This document shows positions 61,433 to 64,000 of a stretch of DNA of 64,000 bases, piece by piece (within the stretch, counting starts at the first letter, position 1; each line of letters starts with the position of its first letter). The stretch comes from Lytechinus pictus (taxonomy: Eukaryota), in NCBI RefSeq assembly GCF_037042905.1, contig NC_087250.1, positions 25,794,001 to 25,858,000 of the forward strand. The letters run 5' to 3'. The translations under genes and the position numbers were made by a program. The notes under the pieces were generated by a model. It was not told the DNA's origin and did not search any database. It saw only the letters and a program-made list of their open reading frames with translations.

Positions 61433-64000
61433 AATGACAGTAGAAATAAACCAGATCTAAGTCATGGGGGGGGGGGGGGTCATGAAATAAAAATCCATGA
61501 GATATCGTAAGAAACGTTTTATTTCAGGTTGTCCACGTAGTAAATACGTCTTTATTGTAACCTAGGTGTCATGATGCTGATACAAGCGAAATATGGTTCC
61601 ATGACATTTTCTCAGGCGAAAGTTGCTCAGGCGACAATTGCTCTGGTGTGAAATCTCCACATTAAACATAACATAAAACCTAGCCTCCAAAACTAAATAA
61701 ACCTTAATACCAATCATTACATTATTCATAACCAAAAACTCTATTACAATCCTAACTGTAATCTTACGCCTTCTGAGATGTTAACGCCAGAGCAATCGTA
61801 GCAGGAGAAAAGGTCGTGTTACTAATTTAAAGTATGTTGTGGGAGTAATGAAAAAGGGGGATGTGAGCAGAGTTCCAGAAGCAAAGCCGAGCATACATTT
61901 AAATTAGGGATCGGTCTGTTTATCACGACTAGATGACTATCCGCCCTTTCACACGGTAAACAAATCGTAGATCGAATGATGATTCCAGTGAAAAATGAGG
62001 CTATAAATGACGAATATTTAGCACGTGTGAAACCAAACTAGAACATGATTAGAATTACGAACGCTAATCACTGTCACGATTACAATAGCAATCAATACAA
62101 TGATGATTCAAGATTCACGTTTGAAAAGGCCCTCTGATTATGGGCCACGATTAGTTTTGGCATTTTAGATGGCACGTAATGATACTAATAATGTGATTTT
62201 GATATGAACGTTGTGAATCATTTAACATTCAGTACTACATTGCAAATTTTCATTGACTTTTAAAAATGATTTATGTTAACGTCATTGAACGTACAAGGCA
62301 CCATTGCACTGAATATGATAAATATCATAGCTTGAATCCCAAATTCCTTCTCATAAATGAAAACATCTCTAGCTATTAAACAATATCATGTCTTGAAATC
62401 TTGACTATTTATCTTTAAAAAAAAAACCTTAAAAACCGAGACCAGCATTAAAAGTAACCCTAGGCCATGTTCTTTATTTTGTTCACGAGAGGCAGTTTCA
62501 ATGTTTGAGATGGATTGATAAATATAGGTGGATTGAATCGAAAAAGAGCAATGGGACCAAAAACTTTTAGCATGGGTAGAACTAAAGTTCTGCAAAATCT
62601 TCAATTTCAATTCAATTTTCAATTTCATTTATTCACCATATAAAAAAATAATCAAGTACAATGCAAAATAACATATATAAATGCATACATGCAACAATAA
62701 ATATATACAATTCATGCATTCATATAAGACATCAACATAATTATGGTAAAAGGCAACTAAAAAGATACAAATCTTGTCAGCAGGTAACATGAAATTTACA
62801 AAATTTCCGATCCCTTGAATTCCCTGAACACATATCCTTTCAAATCATGTCCAAATAACATACTACACATATAACGTGTTTTTATTAAAATTGATGACTT
62901 GATATTACTTACTTCGTTAATTTGGTTTCTGTAAACGGAAGAAAAAAAAAACACGTTGCCCTTCCTGGAGAGAAAACTCGATTTGCTGAACACGAAATTT
63001 CGTAAAAGATGACAATCACAAACTAAGGACTGATTATATACACCCTTACTGCTTTTATCATGGTTATCTGTTCGACCAAATTCCAATTGCTTTTACTGGG
63101 GTCCGTAACACAAAACTTAGCAATCATCGTAGAACGATTGATTGCATTGACTACAATGTACAATCGACCGTAACAATCAAGCGTAAGATTAATCGCGAAC
63201 CTTTGTGTTATGGGCCCCTGATTATGTATTCTGGATAGTCTGCAAACGCAAACTCATATTCAGGGGCCGTGGAACGGTTTTAAAAGTGTGTGCGTGTGGG
63301 GGGGGGGGGGGGGCTGACCATGCAAAAACTACAATTATATGTCATTTTTACGTTCTTGTACACGGTTTTGGGAAAAAGTGTGTGTTGGAGGGGGGGGGGG
63401 GGTCTGCAGCCCCTCCCCGTTTCCGCTGCCCATGATATTTATTTTGACACGTTAAACAATTATACCATGTCTAGAGTGAGGACTAGACGAGACGTCACGT
63501 TTGTGACAAATAGCCTAGTCTACAGGCACAGACCCTGATTGAAACTTTGATCAACAAGTGTGTCTCCATGCAAAGGCGAGCACAACAAAACTTGCTGTTT
63601 CGATTCTGAGCGAGAGGTCCTTCATCACACAAGGCATGAGTAGGCTGCACATTCAGACCCCTAACTCGAGTGAAGGGTTTACACATCAGACTAAAAATAG
63701 CGTGCCACAGTACATAGTGAGTCTAGCCTCACTACTTCAGACTCTGCAATATTCCATATATCAGAATTGTTAAAACCAAGGGTCTGTGCGTGCAGACTAT
63801 ACTCTGGAATTTAAAGAAACAATCAGAAATATCATAAAGAAAGTAAAACTAGAATATAAAAACTATAATGATCAAATGTTATGGGATTTATGCAAGATTA
63901 AGATCAAAGAATATTCAATAAAATACTCAAAGACAATACAGAAGGACAGAAACCAAATATATCATACCTTGCAAAGTAAACTTGAAACCCTTTCGAAAGC

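Noticed and set aside
62596..63090. Possible LINE 3' remnant on the minus strand (also 9560-9800)
   Set aside because: Tail-like TTGAAA repeats and vague peptide similarity only; not enough to assign without a search.

Overview
AT-rich, repeat-dense eukaryotic DNA that looks like a marine deuterostome, most like a sea urchin (poly-G tracts, tRNA/Deu-type SINEs, hAT/Harbinger/Kolobok-type MITEs). The taxon is inferred, not shown. Two intact genes can be read. (1) An 8-exon, 444-aa nicotinic-acetylcholine-receptor-like Cys-loop channel subunit (+, 43448-54924); it keeps a cation-type, alpha9/10-like pore but lacks most ACh-binding residues. (2) An intronless 545-aa RING-less TRIM-like protein with B-box, coiled coil and probable beta-propeller (-, 59795-61432). 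The rest is nested MITEs, SINEs and LINE ends, old tandem-duplicated units (13-19 kb and 22.7-28 kb) and a segmental duplication (about 20.3-30.8 kb vs 36.7-43.0 kb). The most unusual item is a ~170-bp SINE in three copies whose head resembles the 7SL RNA/Alu domain. One copy has a target-site duplication and a matching empty site in the duplicated segment, so it is a candidate independently evolved Alu-like SINE. A candidate spliced minus-strand non-coding transcript lies at about 32-36 kb. Most short ORFs in the supplied track are spurious.
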